A DNA stretch of 63,995 nucleotides, counting the filler, from Lama guanicoe (taxonomy: Eukaryota), in NCBI GenBank assembly GCA_013239625.1. It is 79 parts of 77 records of this genome, joined end to end, with 100 filler letters (N's around TTAATTAATTAA, not from the genome) between each part and the next. Parts side by side here need not be neighbours in the genome. Positions count along the whole stretch, not along the records: positions 49,404 to 49,666 come from MU056062.1; positions 49,767 to 50,774 come from MU056062.1; positions 50,875 to 51,819 come from PNXV01018192.1; positions 51,920 to 52,622 come from MU056064.1; positions 52,723 to 53,703 come from PNXV01018261.1; positions 53,804 to 54,631 come from MU056066.1; positions 54,732 to 55,594 come from MU056067.1; positions 55,695 to 56,573 come from MU056071.1; 71 more parts are not named here. One strand, written 5' to 3'. Both the position numbers and the translations under genes were made by a program. This document shows positions 49,304 through 61,545 of this stretch, in pieces. Within the stretch, counting starts at the first letter, position 1, and each line of letters begins with the position of its first letter. The notes below the pieces were generated by a model. It was not told where the DNA came from and did no database searches. It was given only the letters and a program-made list of their open reading frames with translations.

Positions 49304-51919
49304 NNNNNNNNNNNNNNNNNNNNNNNNNNNNNNNNNNNNNNNNNNNNTTAATTAATTAANNNNNNNNNNNNNNNNNNNNNNNNNNNNNNNNNNNNNNNNN
49401 NNNCCTCTGCCTCCCAGCAGACATTAGAGATAAGCAAGAGGAGACGTGTTTGTCCCCATTTTAGAAGCAAGGAAGGTGAGTCAGAAAAATTCCACTAGTG
49501 ATTGCATAGTCGGGGTCCAGAGCCACATCCAGGCTGCTGCTATATTTTGTGGTTTGCACGACATTCTAAACAACTGAACTGCATGACATTTAAAGATGGG
49601 GAGATTTTACCTAAATCTGGATTTCTCGTTCCTCCTGACAAAATGGAAGATGTGGTATCCGTGGTCNNNNNNNNNNNNNNNNNNNNNNNNNNNNNNNNNN
49701 NNNNNNNNNNTTAATTAATTAANNNNNNNNNNNNNNNNNNNNNNNNNNNNNNNNNNNNNNNNNNNNGTCTCATCTGTAAACTGTTTGAGGGCAGGGACCA
49801 GAGAAAGACATGCAAATCATCTTAAACACCTGGGCCGACAGAGGTAAACTAGCTCAGCCCTTCTTCTGGACACTTGGTGCTTGTGTGGTCTGCTAGGCTG
49901 GAGTGGCCTGGAAGAAAGGCCTTTTGTGAAGTAAGGTTGGGCCTCCAGATCAGCCCCTCCTCTCTCCCCTTCCTGGAAGGTGAGAGATACACAGGCTTAC
50001 GTAACAAGCCCTCCCCCTTCAGCACTGTCTGGCTCAGCCTGACTCAAGGGCCTCTAAGTATGGTTCCCTGGAAGAGCGCTTTGCAGCCATGGAAAATCCC
50101 TGCAGCAGTACCTCCTGACCCCTTGGCCTAAACTGTCTGCTGTCTGGCTTCACGGGCTGCTACAGGAAATGTCCACATACTTGGGATATGATTCTATCTG
50201 ATGCCAACCTGATACTTCTAGCAGCTTCAACACTCCCCAGGGAGGTGGAGGTCCTGAATGGGAAGATACCAAGGTTGCTAGCCTAAAGTCTTAGGCTGCT
50301 GAAGGTGTAGACACNNNNNNNNNNNNNNNNNNNNNNNNNNNNNNNNNNNNNNNNNNNNNNAAGCCAACTATGATACCCTTAGAACTTCTGCTGTGTTTGA
50401 AATGGGAACTGGGACCCTGTTACTCACACTCCCTTGCCAGGCTAAGCAGAAACCCCAGGGCTCCTTTGGGGGTCTGTTTATTTTATATNNNNNNNNNNNN
50501 NNNNNNNNNNNNNNNNNNNNNNNNNNNNNNNNNNNNNNNNNNNNNNNNNNNNNNNNNNNNNNNNNNNNNNNNNNNNNNNNNNNNNNNNNNNNNNNNNNNN
50601 NNNNNNNNNNNNNNNNNNNNNNNNNNNNNNNNNNNNNNNNNNNNNNNNAGTCCCAAACACAACAGCAATGTACACCAACCAGTGAATGGATGAACAAATT
50701 ATGTTATTTGTATAATGGAATACTGCCAGGCAACAAAAAGGAGTGAGTGAGCTATCGATATGTGCAACGCAACCNNNNNNNNNNNNNNNNNNNNNNNNNN
50801 NNNNNNNNNNNNNNNNNNTTAATTAATTAANNNNNNNNNNNNNNNNNNNNNNNNNNNNNNNNNNNNNNNNNNNNTTGCTGGGGTAGATGCAGCCGGCATG
50901 TCAGAGATCTAGAAGGAATGCTCACAACAGCTACTCACTGATCTGCAAGTGAGTTAGGGTAACAGCTTCCTGAAATCCTCCCCACCCGTCCTGATGAGTC
51001 AGGTGTCTGGCGTTTCTCTGGAAATCACTAGGCGCAGTCTGGAACTCAAAGGTAAAAATTAGAAACTGCAGTCAGGCAGCAAAGGGCCTGGCAGGATGCG
51101 TTGGACAAAAGTAGGTCAGAATCAACAAGGAATGGGGAGGGGATAGAACGTGTGCTGAGGACCCTGACTTCAGGGGTGGATTGTCTGTGTTGAGGACTCT
51201 GAGTCAGTATGAGTAGATGGATTGGTGTGGACTAAAATGGTGGCCATTTTTCAGATAAGTGTGTGATTTGGACTATATTTATTAGAGGAGGGTTTTTCCC
51301 CTTCAACATTGATCATTTCTAGGGAGCAGAAAAATATTCTGCCACACAACATCTAAGTGCAAAGGAGATGCTACGGGATGATGGTAGTATCAAAAATTTC
51401 AGTTCTGCAGTTCCAAGATTTCCTTAATGAGGTTAACAGCAGTTGATACTTAAAATAAAATAAGGTACTTATAATAAAGACACCATCATATGTATATATC
51501 CTTAAAGATATACATATGGTGCTATAAGTGGGCCTGAAATGTGTTCTGCATTCTAAAATCCGATGAAATAAAATCAGTAGCTCAATATGCCTGTCGGCTC
51601 AATAAACATGATGTAGCTAATGATCACAGAAAGCAAGATCAGCTAGGAAATTTCAGATTTGTCTTTTCCAGTGTCAAAGTTAATATTTTTTGCTTTACTT
51701 AAAAAGCATTTTTTTAATTAGGGCTGTCAGCATCCTTTGGTATATGGGTTTCACTAGATGTGTTCAGATTTTCTAGACAGTGAATCAGAGCAAAGACTGA
51801 GGTTTAGACAGTAGTTAAANNNNNNNNNNNNNNNNNNNNNNNNNNNNNNNNNNNNNNNNNNNNTTAATTAATTAANNNNNNNNNNNNNNNNNNNNNNNNN
51901 NNNNNNNNNNNNNNNNNNN

Positions 51920-52622
51920 TTTTGGTCAATTAACTTTAACAAAGGAGGCAAGAACATACAATGGAATACAGACAATCACTTCAGTAAATGCTGTTGGGAA
52001 AACTGGACAGCTGCACGTAAATCAATGAACCTAGAACACTCCCTTACACCATACACAAAAATAAACTTAAAATGAACTAAAGACTTAAACTTAAGGCAAG
52101 ACACAATAAACCTCCTAGTAGAAAATATAGCAAAACATTATCTCATATATATCTAAAAAAGGTTCTCCAAGGGCAGCCTACCCAAAAAATAGAAATAAAA
52201 GCAAAAATAAACAAATGGGACCTAATTAAACTTACAAGCTTTTGCACAACAAAGGAAACCATAAGGAAAACAAAGCAACAGCCTATGGAATGGGAGAAAA
52301 TTTTTGTAAATGAAACCGACAAAGGCTTGATTTCCAGAATATATAAACAGCTCATATGACTTAATAAGAAAAAAACAAACAAACAAGTTCAAAAATGGGC
52401 AGAAGACCTAAATAAGCAANNNNNNNNNNNNNNNNNNNNNNNNNNNNNNNNNNNNNNNNNNNNNNNNNNNNNNNNNNNNNNNNNNNNNNNNNNNNNNNNN
52501 NNNNNNNNNNNNNNNNNNNNNNNNNNNNNNNNNNNNNNNNNNNNNNNNNNNNNNNNNNNNTTAAATGCTGGATAGGCTGTGGAGAAAAGGGAACCCTCTC
52601 ACACTTTTGGTGGGAATGCAGT
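51920..52622 (+). mobile_element. L1 ORF2 3' fragment
   Basis: TTTGGTCAATTAACTTTAACAAAGGAGGCAAG; AAATGGGACCTAATTAAACTTACAAGCTTTTGCAC; GGAGAAAAGGGAACCCTC. Confidence 0.92.
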
Positions 52623-52722
52623 NNNNNNNNNNNNNNNNNNNNNNNNNNNNNNNNNNNNNNNNNNNNTTAATTAATTAANNNNNNNNNNNNNNNNNNNNNN
52701 NNNNNNNNNNNNNNNNNNNNNN

Positions 52723-54631
52723 CAGTATATTGTATTCTATATTCTGTATTCTGTGTTCCGCATTCTATGTTGTAAATACTATATTCAGTACTCTGTATTA
52801 TGTATTCTTAATTCTGTGTTCTGCATTCCATGTTCTAAATTCTGGCTTCTCTATTCTCTATTCTATATTCAATATTCTGTGTTCTACATTCTATATTCTG
52901 TATCCTTTATTCTATATTTTATATTCTGTGTTCTACATTCTATATTCTAAATGTATATACAGTATTCTCTATTCTATACTCTAAATTCTGTGTTCTGCAT
53001 TCCATGTTCTAAATTCTGGGTTCTATTTTCTCTAATTTCCATATTCTATATTCTGTGTTCTAAATTCTGTATTCTGTATTCTATATTCTACATTCCGTAT
53101 TCTATATTCTATATTCTGTGTTCTTCATTCTATATTCTATATTCGGTATTCATTATTCTGTATTCTATATTCTAGTTTCTGTGTTCTGCATTCCGTATTC
53201 TGAATTCTATGTTCTATATTCTCTCTCGTATATACTATATTTTGTGTTCTTCATGCTATATTCTACATTCTATATTCTGCTTTCCATTTTTATATTCTAA
53301 TTTCTGTGTTCTACATTCTATACACTAAATGCTATATTCAGTATTCTGTATTCTATATACTAAATTCTTTGTTCTGCATTCCATTTTATAAATTCTGGCT
53401 TCTATTTTCTCTATCCTCTATTTTATATTCTGTGTTCTATATTCTATATTATAAGCTCTATATTCAGTGTTCTGTATTCTACATGCTAAATTCTGTGTTC
53501 TGAATTCCATGTTCTAAATTCTGAGTTCTATATTCTCTATTCAATATTCTTTATACTGTGTTCTTCATTCTGTATTCTAAATTCTTTATTCTGCATTCGT
53601 TAATCTGTATTCTAAAAAATTCTGTGTATTCTATATTCCAAATCCTCTATTCAATATTCTGTATTCTGTATTCTAAATTCTGTGTTCTTCATTCCATGTT
53701 CTANNNNNNNNNNNNNNNNNNNNNNNNNNNNNNNNNNNNNNNNNNNNTTAATTAATTAANNNNNNNNNNNNNNNNNNNNNNNNNNNNNNNNNNNNNNNNN
53801 NNNTATATTCAGTATGCTGTATTCTATATTCTAAATTCTGTGTTCTTCATTCGATATTCTAAATCTATATTAAGTATTCTGTATTCTATATTCTAAATTA
53901 TGTGTTCTGCATTCCATGTTCTAAATACTGAGTTCTGAATTCTGTTTTCCATATTCTTTATTCTGTGTTCTACATTCTATATTCGGTATTCTATATTATG
54001 CATTCCTTATCTTGTACTCTATATTCTGTGTTCTACATTCTATATTCTAAATTCTATATTCAGTATCCTGTATTCTATAGTCTAAATTATGTGTTCTACA
54101 TTCCATGTTTAAATTCTGTGTTCTATAGTCTCTATTTNNNNNNNNNNNNNNNNNNNNNNNNNNNNNNNNNNNNNNNNNNNNNNNNNNNNNNNNNNNNNNN
54201 NNNNNNNNNNNNNNNNNNNNNNNNNNNNNNNNNNNNNNNNNNNNNNNNNNNNNNNNNNNNNNNNNNNNNNNNNNNNNNNNNNNNNNNNNNNNNNNNNNNN
54301 NNNNNNNNNNNNNNNNNNNNNNNNNNNNNNNNNNNNNNNNNNNNNNNNNNNNNNNNNNNNNNNNNNNNNNNNNNNNNNNNNNNNNNNNNNNNNNNNNNNN
54401 NNNNNNNNNNNNNNNNNNNNNNNNNNNNNNNNNNNNNNNNNNNNGTATTCTATAAACTCAGTGTTCTGCATTCCATGCTCTAAATACTGGGTTCTATATT
54501 GTGTATTCTATATTCGATATTCTGTGAACTACATTGTATATTCTAAATTGTATATTCTGTATTCTGTATTCTATAAACTAATTCCTCATTTCTGCATTCC
54601 TTTTTCTAAATTCTGTGTTGTATATTCTGTA
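52723..54631 (+). repeat. Family D heptamer satellite (two scaffolds: 52723-53703 and 53804-54631)
   Basis: 7-bp periodic TTCT core throughout. Confidence 0.94.
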
Positions 54632-54731
54632 NNNNNNNNNNNNNNNNNNNNNNNNNNNNNNNNNNNNNNNNNNNNTTAATTAATTAANNNNNNNNNNNNN
54701 NNNNNNNNNNNNNNNNNNNNNNNNNNNNNNN

Positions 54732-55594
54732 CAGGTGTTCCCTGTTAGGGGGAATTCTGAGAAATACTTTCCCTGACATTTGGGTGGCACCCTCTGTCAC
54801 TGGGATTGCCTGCAAACACCCCTAGCATTCCGTGGCACAGAGACATTAGGAGAAAACCCAGGGGAGACGAGCTTAGGCATTCCGTTAGAACTCACGCGCT
54901 GCCGACCGTTGGTGGAACCTCCCCACGCTCAGGATTCCAGAAACATTGTCAGTGCGNNNNNNNNNNNNNNNNNNNNNNNNTGCAGCTCTCTTCAGTCACA
55001 GGTGTTCCCTGTTAGGGGGAATTCTGAGAAATAGCTTCCCTGAACTTAGGGAGGCAGCCTTGTCACTGGGATTGCCTGCAAACCACCCTAGCATTCCCTG
55101 ACACAGAGACATTAGGAATAAACCCAGGAGAGTTGAGGTTAGGCATTTCGATAGAACCCATGTGCTGCCGACTGTTGGTGGAACCTGCCCACGCTCAGGA
55201 TTCCGGAACTATTGTCAGTGCGTGGGATAGCACGAGAGACAACTCCACGCAGCTCTCTTCAGTCACAGGTGTTCCCTGTTAGGGGGAATTCTGAGAAATA
55301 CCTTCCCTGACCTTGGGGAGGCAGCCTCTGTCACTGGGATTGAGCCTCTGTCACTGGGATTGCCTGCAAACCCCCCTAGCATTCCCTGGCACAGAGACAA
55401 TAGGAAAAAACCCAGGGGAGACGAGCTTAGGCATTCCGTTAGAACCCACGCGCTGCCGACCTTTGGTGGAACCTCCACACGCTCAGGAATCCGGAACCAT
55501 TTTCAGTGCATGGGGAGCTCGAGAGACACCTCGACGCAGCTCTCCTCAGTCACAGGTGTTCCCTGTTAGGGGGGATTCTGAGAAATACCTTCCC
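54732..55594 (+). repeat. Family A satellite, ~3 monomers, one with a 20-bp internal duplication
   Basis: CAGGTGTTCCCTGTTAGGGGG recurs four times. AGCCTCTGTCACTGGGATTG is tandemly duplicated at 55323-55362. Confidence 0.95.
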
Positions 55595-55884
55595 NNNNNN
55601 NNNNNNNNNNNNNNNNNNNNNNNNNNNNNNNNNNNNNNTTAATTAATTAANNNNNNNNNNNNNNNNNNNNNNNNNNNNNNNNNNNNNNNNNNNNAGTGGC
55701 TTCTGGCATCCAGCTCTCCTGTTCTCAGGCCGATTCCATCTGCGGAGTTTTCCAAAAAAAAAAACAATGGTGGAAGGGCCATGGAGGACACCTAGATCTT
55801 CCAGAATAGACAGGGGGAGCAGAGTCACCATGCTGGCCCTGGGTTTGGAGACAGACCTGCAGTGGAGACCACAGGCTTCTGAGA

Positions 55885-56420
55885 AGCCATTTTCGAAATA
55901 AAGGCAGTATGCACTGGAATACCCAGTTCTAGCGAGTTCTTCATCATAGACATGTAATTTACATAGTTCTCACCACGAAATTCTGTGTTCCCAACACGCT
56001 ACATGAATGACGGCTTCAACACACATTCATTTCTGAGATGTGAACAAGTGTAGAGCCGCTCTTTCATCCAGCATAATGGGCATGGCTACACCTAAGAACA
56101 CTTACCAAGATTTCTCAGCAAGAGCCAATTTCGAAATAAAGGCAGTTTGTGCAGGAAAANNNNNNNNNNNNNNNNNNNNNNNNNNNNNNNNNNNNNNNNN
56201 NNNNNNNNNNNNNNNNNNNNNNNNNNNNNNNNNNNNNNNNCAACATGCTACATGCATGAAGGCTTCGACACACATTCAGTTCTAAGCTGTTAGCATGTGG
56301 AGAGCCGCTCTTTCATTCAGCACAAAAGGCATGGTTACACCCAGGAAGATTTACCCAGATTTCTCAGCTGATTCCTTCAGCCAGATTCAAAATAAAGGCA
56401 GTTTGTGCTTGGAAAGCCTG
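55885..56420 (+). repeat. Two-monomer island of the ~240-bp B/C satellite superfamily inside non-satellite DNA
   Basis: AAATAAAGGCAGT at ~55896, ~56134 and ~56390. Shares motifs with family C (same strand) and family B (opposite strand). Confidence 0.75.
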
Positions 56421-56673
56421 TTGGAGCGTGTTCAGAGCTGTTTCGGGCTCTGTCCCAGCTGGAGGGTGCAAAGCCCAACCTCCAGAAAGAGGGACCAGGA
56501 CCCCATCCGCTAGGTGGTGTTGCTTTTGTTGGGGAACAGTGATCTTTGGGTAAGATATTTTGCGGCTCTCTCTNNNNNNNNNNNNNNNNNNNNNNNNNNN
56601 NNNNNNNNNNNNNNNNNTTAATTAATTAANNNNNNNNNNNNNNNNNNNNNNNNNNNNNNNNNNNNNNNNNNNN

Positions 56674-57515
56674 TTCCTGGGTCTGCACACACCTTGGCCT
56701 GCACACTCATGGGCCTGTTCCGCCTTGTGTCTGCATTCCTCTGGGCCTGCACACTCCAGGGCCTGCACACACCTGGGCCTGCACGAACCTAGGCCTCTTG
56801 ACTCCTGGGCCTGCCCTTTCCTAGGCCTGCACACTCCTGTGCCTACACATTCCTGGGCCTGCACACTCCTGGACCTGTACACTCCTGGGCGTGCCCTGGC
56901 ATGGGCCTGCACACTAATGGGTCTGCACTCTCCAGGGGCTGCACCCTCCTGGGCCTGCACATTCCTCTGTCTGCACACNNNNNNNNNNNNNNNNNNNNNN
57001 NNNNNNNNNNNNNNNNNNNNNNNNNNNNNNNNNNNNNNNNNNNNNNNNNNNNNNNNNNNNNNNNNNNNNNNNNNNNNNNNNNNNNNNNNNNNNNNNNNNN
57101 NNNNNNNNNNNNNNNNNNNNNNNNNNNNNNNNNNNNNNNNNNNNNNNNNNNNNNNNNNNNNNNNNNNNNNNNNNNNNNNNNNNNNNNNNNNNNNNNNNNN
57201 NNNNNNNNNNNNNNNCTGCATACTCCTGGGCCTGCACATTCCTGTATCTGCTCACTCCTGAGACTGCATACTCCTGGGCCTGCAAACTCCTGGGCCTGTA
57301 CAATCCTGGGCCTGCACACCCCTTGGCCTGCCCGGGCCTGGGCCTGCACACTAATGGGGCTGCACACACCTCGGAATGCACCCTCCTGGGCCTACACACT
57401 CCTCTGTCTGCACACTCCTGTACTTGCACACTCCTGGGCCTGCACACTCCTCTGTCTGTACATTCCTCGGCCTACACACTCCTAGGCCTGCTCACTCCAG
57501 GGCCTGCTGACTCCT
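56674..57515 (+). repeat. GC-rich 16-bp minisatellite, consensus CTCCTGGGCCTGCACA
   Basis: Degenerate 16-mer tiles the whole scaffold. Confidence 0.92.
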
Positions 57516-57615
57516 NNNNNNNNNNNNNNNNNNNNNNNNNNNNNNNNNNNNNNNNNNNNTTAATTAATTAANNNNNNNNNNNNNNNNNNNNNNNNNNNNN
57601 NNNNNNNNNNNNNNN

Positions 57616-58065
57616 ATTCTATATTCTAAATTCTATATTCAGTATTATGTAATCTATATTTTTATTTCTGTGTTCTGCATAGCATGTTCTTAATTCTAGA
57701 TTCTATATCCTGTATTCTACATTCTATATTCTGTGTTCTAAATTCTTTATTCTAAATTCTATTTTCTGTATTCTTTATTCTATCTTGTAAATTCAGTGTT
57801 CTACATTCTATACTCTAAATTGTATATTCAGTATTCTGTATTCTATATTCAAAATTCTTACTACTGTTTCTATGTTCCAAAATTTGGCTTCAATATTCTC
57901 TAAGCTATATTTTTTATTCTGTTTTCTACATTCTAGTTTATAAACTATATATTCAGTATTATGTATTTTATATTCTATATTCTGTGTTAATTCAATTTTT
58001 AAATTGTTTATTGACAATTCTGTATACTATATTCTAAATTCTGTGTTCTGTAATCCATGTTGTAA
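57616..58065 (+). repeat. Family D heptamer satellite, more degenerate
   Basis: Heptamer periodicity; shares diagnostic variants with 39345-39530. Confidence 0.9.
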
Positions 58066-58165
58066 NNNNNNNNNNNNNNNNNNNNNNNNNNNNNNNNNNN
58101 NNNNNNNNNTTAATTAATTAANNNNNNNNNNNNNNNNNNNNNNNNNNNNNNNNNNNNNNNNNNNN

Positions 58166-58723
58166 TTCAACCCCAGGAGGCCTTGAGGCTCAAGATGGTG
58201 GGAGATTTGACTTCCTTGAGCTTTGTCATATGCTCACTGTATCACATCCGTATGGTGAATAACACGCCCACAGGTGCCACGGCAGTCCCAAGGCTGGCCA
58301 CAAAAGGTCAGAGTGGGAAATGGCCAACTTCCTGGGAATCCCAGACCCTTCCCCAGGCTAGTTAGACTGGTCCTTCCACTCATTAGCATATGAAGCNNNN
58401 NNNNNNNNNNNNNNNNACTGCCCCTCAGGCCCCTCTCTCTCTCGCTCTTCACCCTTCGCTCTTCAGAGACAGCCCGCACTCTGTCTGGAGTGTGTAACTA
58501 CTTTTATTCTAATCTGAGCACCCAACCCCCACACCTCATCGCTTTTCTTTTGCCTTTTGATGTATCTCTCTGAATAAATCCACCTTTACTCAACTGTGGC
58601 TCACTCTTGACTTCTTTCCTGTACGAAGCCAAGGACCCACACTTGGCGGTGTATGTCCCAGGGGCTCAGCCGAAGCCCGGGACACGGCCCTCCTGACGCC
58701 CCACGTCTGTTTCTCCTGCATCA
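58166..58723 (+). mobile_element. ERV1-type LTR, same family, with a different 3' flank
   Basis: AATAAA at 58573; ends TCCTGCATCA; shares TTCAACCCC...GGCCTTGAGGCTCA.GATG with 42526-42560. Confidence 0.85.
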
Positions 58724-58966
58724 GTGCTACCGGGGGAATCAGCCGGGGCTAATTAGTGGACACATCTCTGGCCCAGGATGTAGATTCTGTCTCCAGTGCC
58801 GCCCCTTATTAACTGGGTCAAACCCTCCCCTCTCGGGGCCTGGAGGGCCCCACNNNNNNNNNNNNNNNNNNNNNNNNNNNNNNNNNNNNNNNNNNNNTTA
58901 ATTAATTAANNNNNNNNNNNNNNNNNNNNNNNNNNNNNNNNNNNNNNNNNNNNCTTTCAGTCACTA

Positions 58967-59387
58967 CAGACTGTCTCTAAATTATGATGATTCAACTCAG
59001 TACTTTTGACTTTACAGTGGTTAGAAAGCCACATGCATTCTGTAGAAGCCATACTTGGAGTTTTGAATTTTCATCTTTTCCAGGCTAGTAACATGGCATG
59101 TGATACTGTCTGGTGAAGCTGTGCAAGCTGAGCTCCCCTCACCACAGGATAAAACAACGAAAACACTTAGAAGCATTCTGTACCCACACAACCATTCTGC
59201 TCTTCACTTTCAGCACAGTACTCAGTAAATTACAAGATTCTCTACCCTTTAGTGTAAAATAGACAGTGTGTTAGATGATTTTCCCCTGTAGCTGCAGGCT
59301 AATGTAAATGTTAAGCACATTTAAGCTAAGCTAGGCTAAGCTACGATGCTTGGTTGGTTAGATTATGAAATGCATTTTTGACTTACT
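58967..59387 (-). mobile_element. Tigger5/MER47-family DNA transposon remnant
   Basis: TA|CAGACTGTC terminus; TACCCACACAACCATTCTG..TTCACTTTCAG; GGCTAAGCTACGATG...AAATGCATTTTTGACTTAC. Matches MER47-type sequence from memory. Confidence 0.72.
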
Positions 59388-61176
59388 NNNNNNNNNNNNN
59401 NNNNNNNNNNNNNNNNNNNNNNNNNNNNNNNTTAATTAATTAANNNNNNNNNNNNNNNNNNNNNNNNNNNNNNNNNNNNNNNNNNNNGGGGAGGAAGGAC
59501 CAAGGATGAGAAACCAACATTTTCTAACCCATTTCTGTTTTTCAGAGTCTCAGACAAAACACTGTGATTTTATAAGCAAAACAAGAACAACTGCACCCTT
59601 TTAAAAGCACGCGACAACTTTACTACTACACACGGCACTCTGTCATTGACCTAAAGGCGAATGACAGCCAAGAAATTTGCAGGGATCTTATTCTGTGCTC
59701 ATCCCTTTTGGTCTTTGGAACCTCAGGAAGTTTGCCTCCTCTCCCTGAGTGTCGTTTTTCTNNNNNNNNNNNNNNNNNNNNNNNNNNNNNNNNNNNNNNN
59801 NNNNNNNNNNNNNNNNNNNNNNNNNNNNNNNNNNNNNNNNNNNNNNNNNNNNNNNNNNNNNNNNNNNNNNNNNNNNNNNNNNNNNNNNNNNNNNNNNNNN
59901 NNNNNNNNNNNNNNNNNNNNNNNNNNNNNNNNNNNNNNNNNNNNNCCGAACGTAAGGAGCAGTTCTGATAAGGAAGTCACAGGACTGCAGGTGTAACCGA
60001 GAAATGACCCAGTGAAAAAGAATGAGTTGCCAGCAAATCCTCAAAACCCATAAGGGTGCAAACCCTGGGAGTTACACGCATAGGTGGGAGTTCCTTTGTT
60101 CCCCATTTCACAAAGCCAAGAACTTTGCAGGGCCCATGAAAGACACAGATAGCCCAGTAAAACCACACCATGTTTTGGAGTATACCGGGGCCACATTGCT
60201 GCTGACCAGCACTGCTGTGTGTTCCAGAGCAAGAGCCCTCGGAGGGGGTGACTGTGTTTGAGGCTGGACAAGAACTTCCTGTTCTGTCTNNNNNNNNNNN
60301 NNNNNNNNNNNNNNNNNNNNNNNNNNNNNNNNNTTAATTAATTAANNNNNNNNNNNNNNNNNNNNNNNNNNNNNNNNNNNNNNNNNNNNTTCACTTGTGT
60401 ATTTTTGTACTCTGATTTTTTTAACCATTTGCTTGTATATATTTTTCAGTTAAAAAAATATGTGTAATGGAGCAATGGAGTAACTAGCTTAGCAAATACA
60501 GCAGCCATGGAATCACTGAGTCATCACTTTTGATTTAAGCCCGAAAGAATTTACTGACTCTCTCCAATGTGCTCAGTGCTGTTTTAAGACTTCTTTTATT
60601 TTTATTTTTATTATTATTATTATTAATTATTATAATAATTATTATTACTAACTATTATTCTTATAAAATAATAACATGGTATACCTCACCACTGCCCATG
60701 GCTCGTGGAAAACCAACTGAGTTTTATTGAGTTGTTTTCCAAGGAGTAGAGATGAGTTATAAACAGAACACATCTTCAGGGCAAAACAGGGGGAGTGCTT
60801 TTCCAGCAGGCCAGACAGCTATGAAGACTTTTCAACAGAGGCACCCAGAAGCTGAGAGAGAAAGCCTTCAGGACACTGCAAAAAGCTGTCCAAACTGCCT
60901 TCTCCATGGGACTACTGAAATAGGAAAGGGCAAATCTTACTCCATATTTGATCTGTTCTTTGATTTTAACAAAGCCAAGTTAATATGCTCCGGTATTTTC
61001 ATGATTTATGATGTCACAGAGGAGATGGACAAGGTCAACAAGGAACCACTCTGCCGTGATCACGGAGCCGGGGAAANNNNNNNNNNNNNNNNNNNNNNNN
61101 NNNNNNNNNNNNNNNNNNNNTTAATTAATTAANNNNNNNNNNNNNNNNNNNNNNNNNNNNNNNNNNNNNNNNNNNN

Positions 61177-61545
61177 CAGAAAGAAAAATGCCGTATGATG
61201 TCACTTATATGTGGAATCTTAAAAAGAAAAAGGACATAAATGAACATCTTAGTATTTATAACTTAGATGATTGATTTCTTGAATATGTGTAAGCACATGT
61301 GACTGTCCTTTATGACTGGATTACCACATTCTGTTGATTCTTATTTTGTGGTTGGCTTTATTCCTTTGATAACTATGAAAGTTTAAAAAGCTAAAGCTCT
61401 AATCTGTTCTTAGAAATAATGATCTGTGCATAGATGTAAACTAAAAAAATGTGCAGTATATTGTATATATGTATTTACATACAATATAATGTATATGTAC
61501 AAACTGTAATAACTCTACCTAACAAAACTGAAAAAGAAAAAAAGT
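61177..61545 (+). mobile_element. Degenerate L1 3' end
   Basis: AGAAAGAAAAATGCCGTATGATGTCACTTATATGTGGAATCTTAAAA ... AAACTGTAATAACTCTACC plus A-rich tail. Confidence 0.7.

Noticed and set aside
56622..57571. Cys/Pro-rich keratin-associated-like ORFs (CAGPGVCRPR repeats)
   Set aside because: The unit is 16 bp, not a multiple of 3, so the same peptide appears in all frames. This is a minisatellite artefact.
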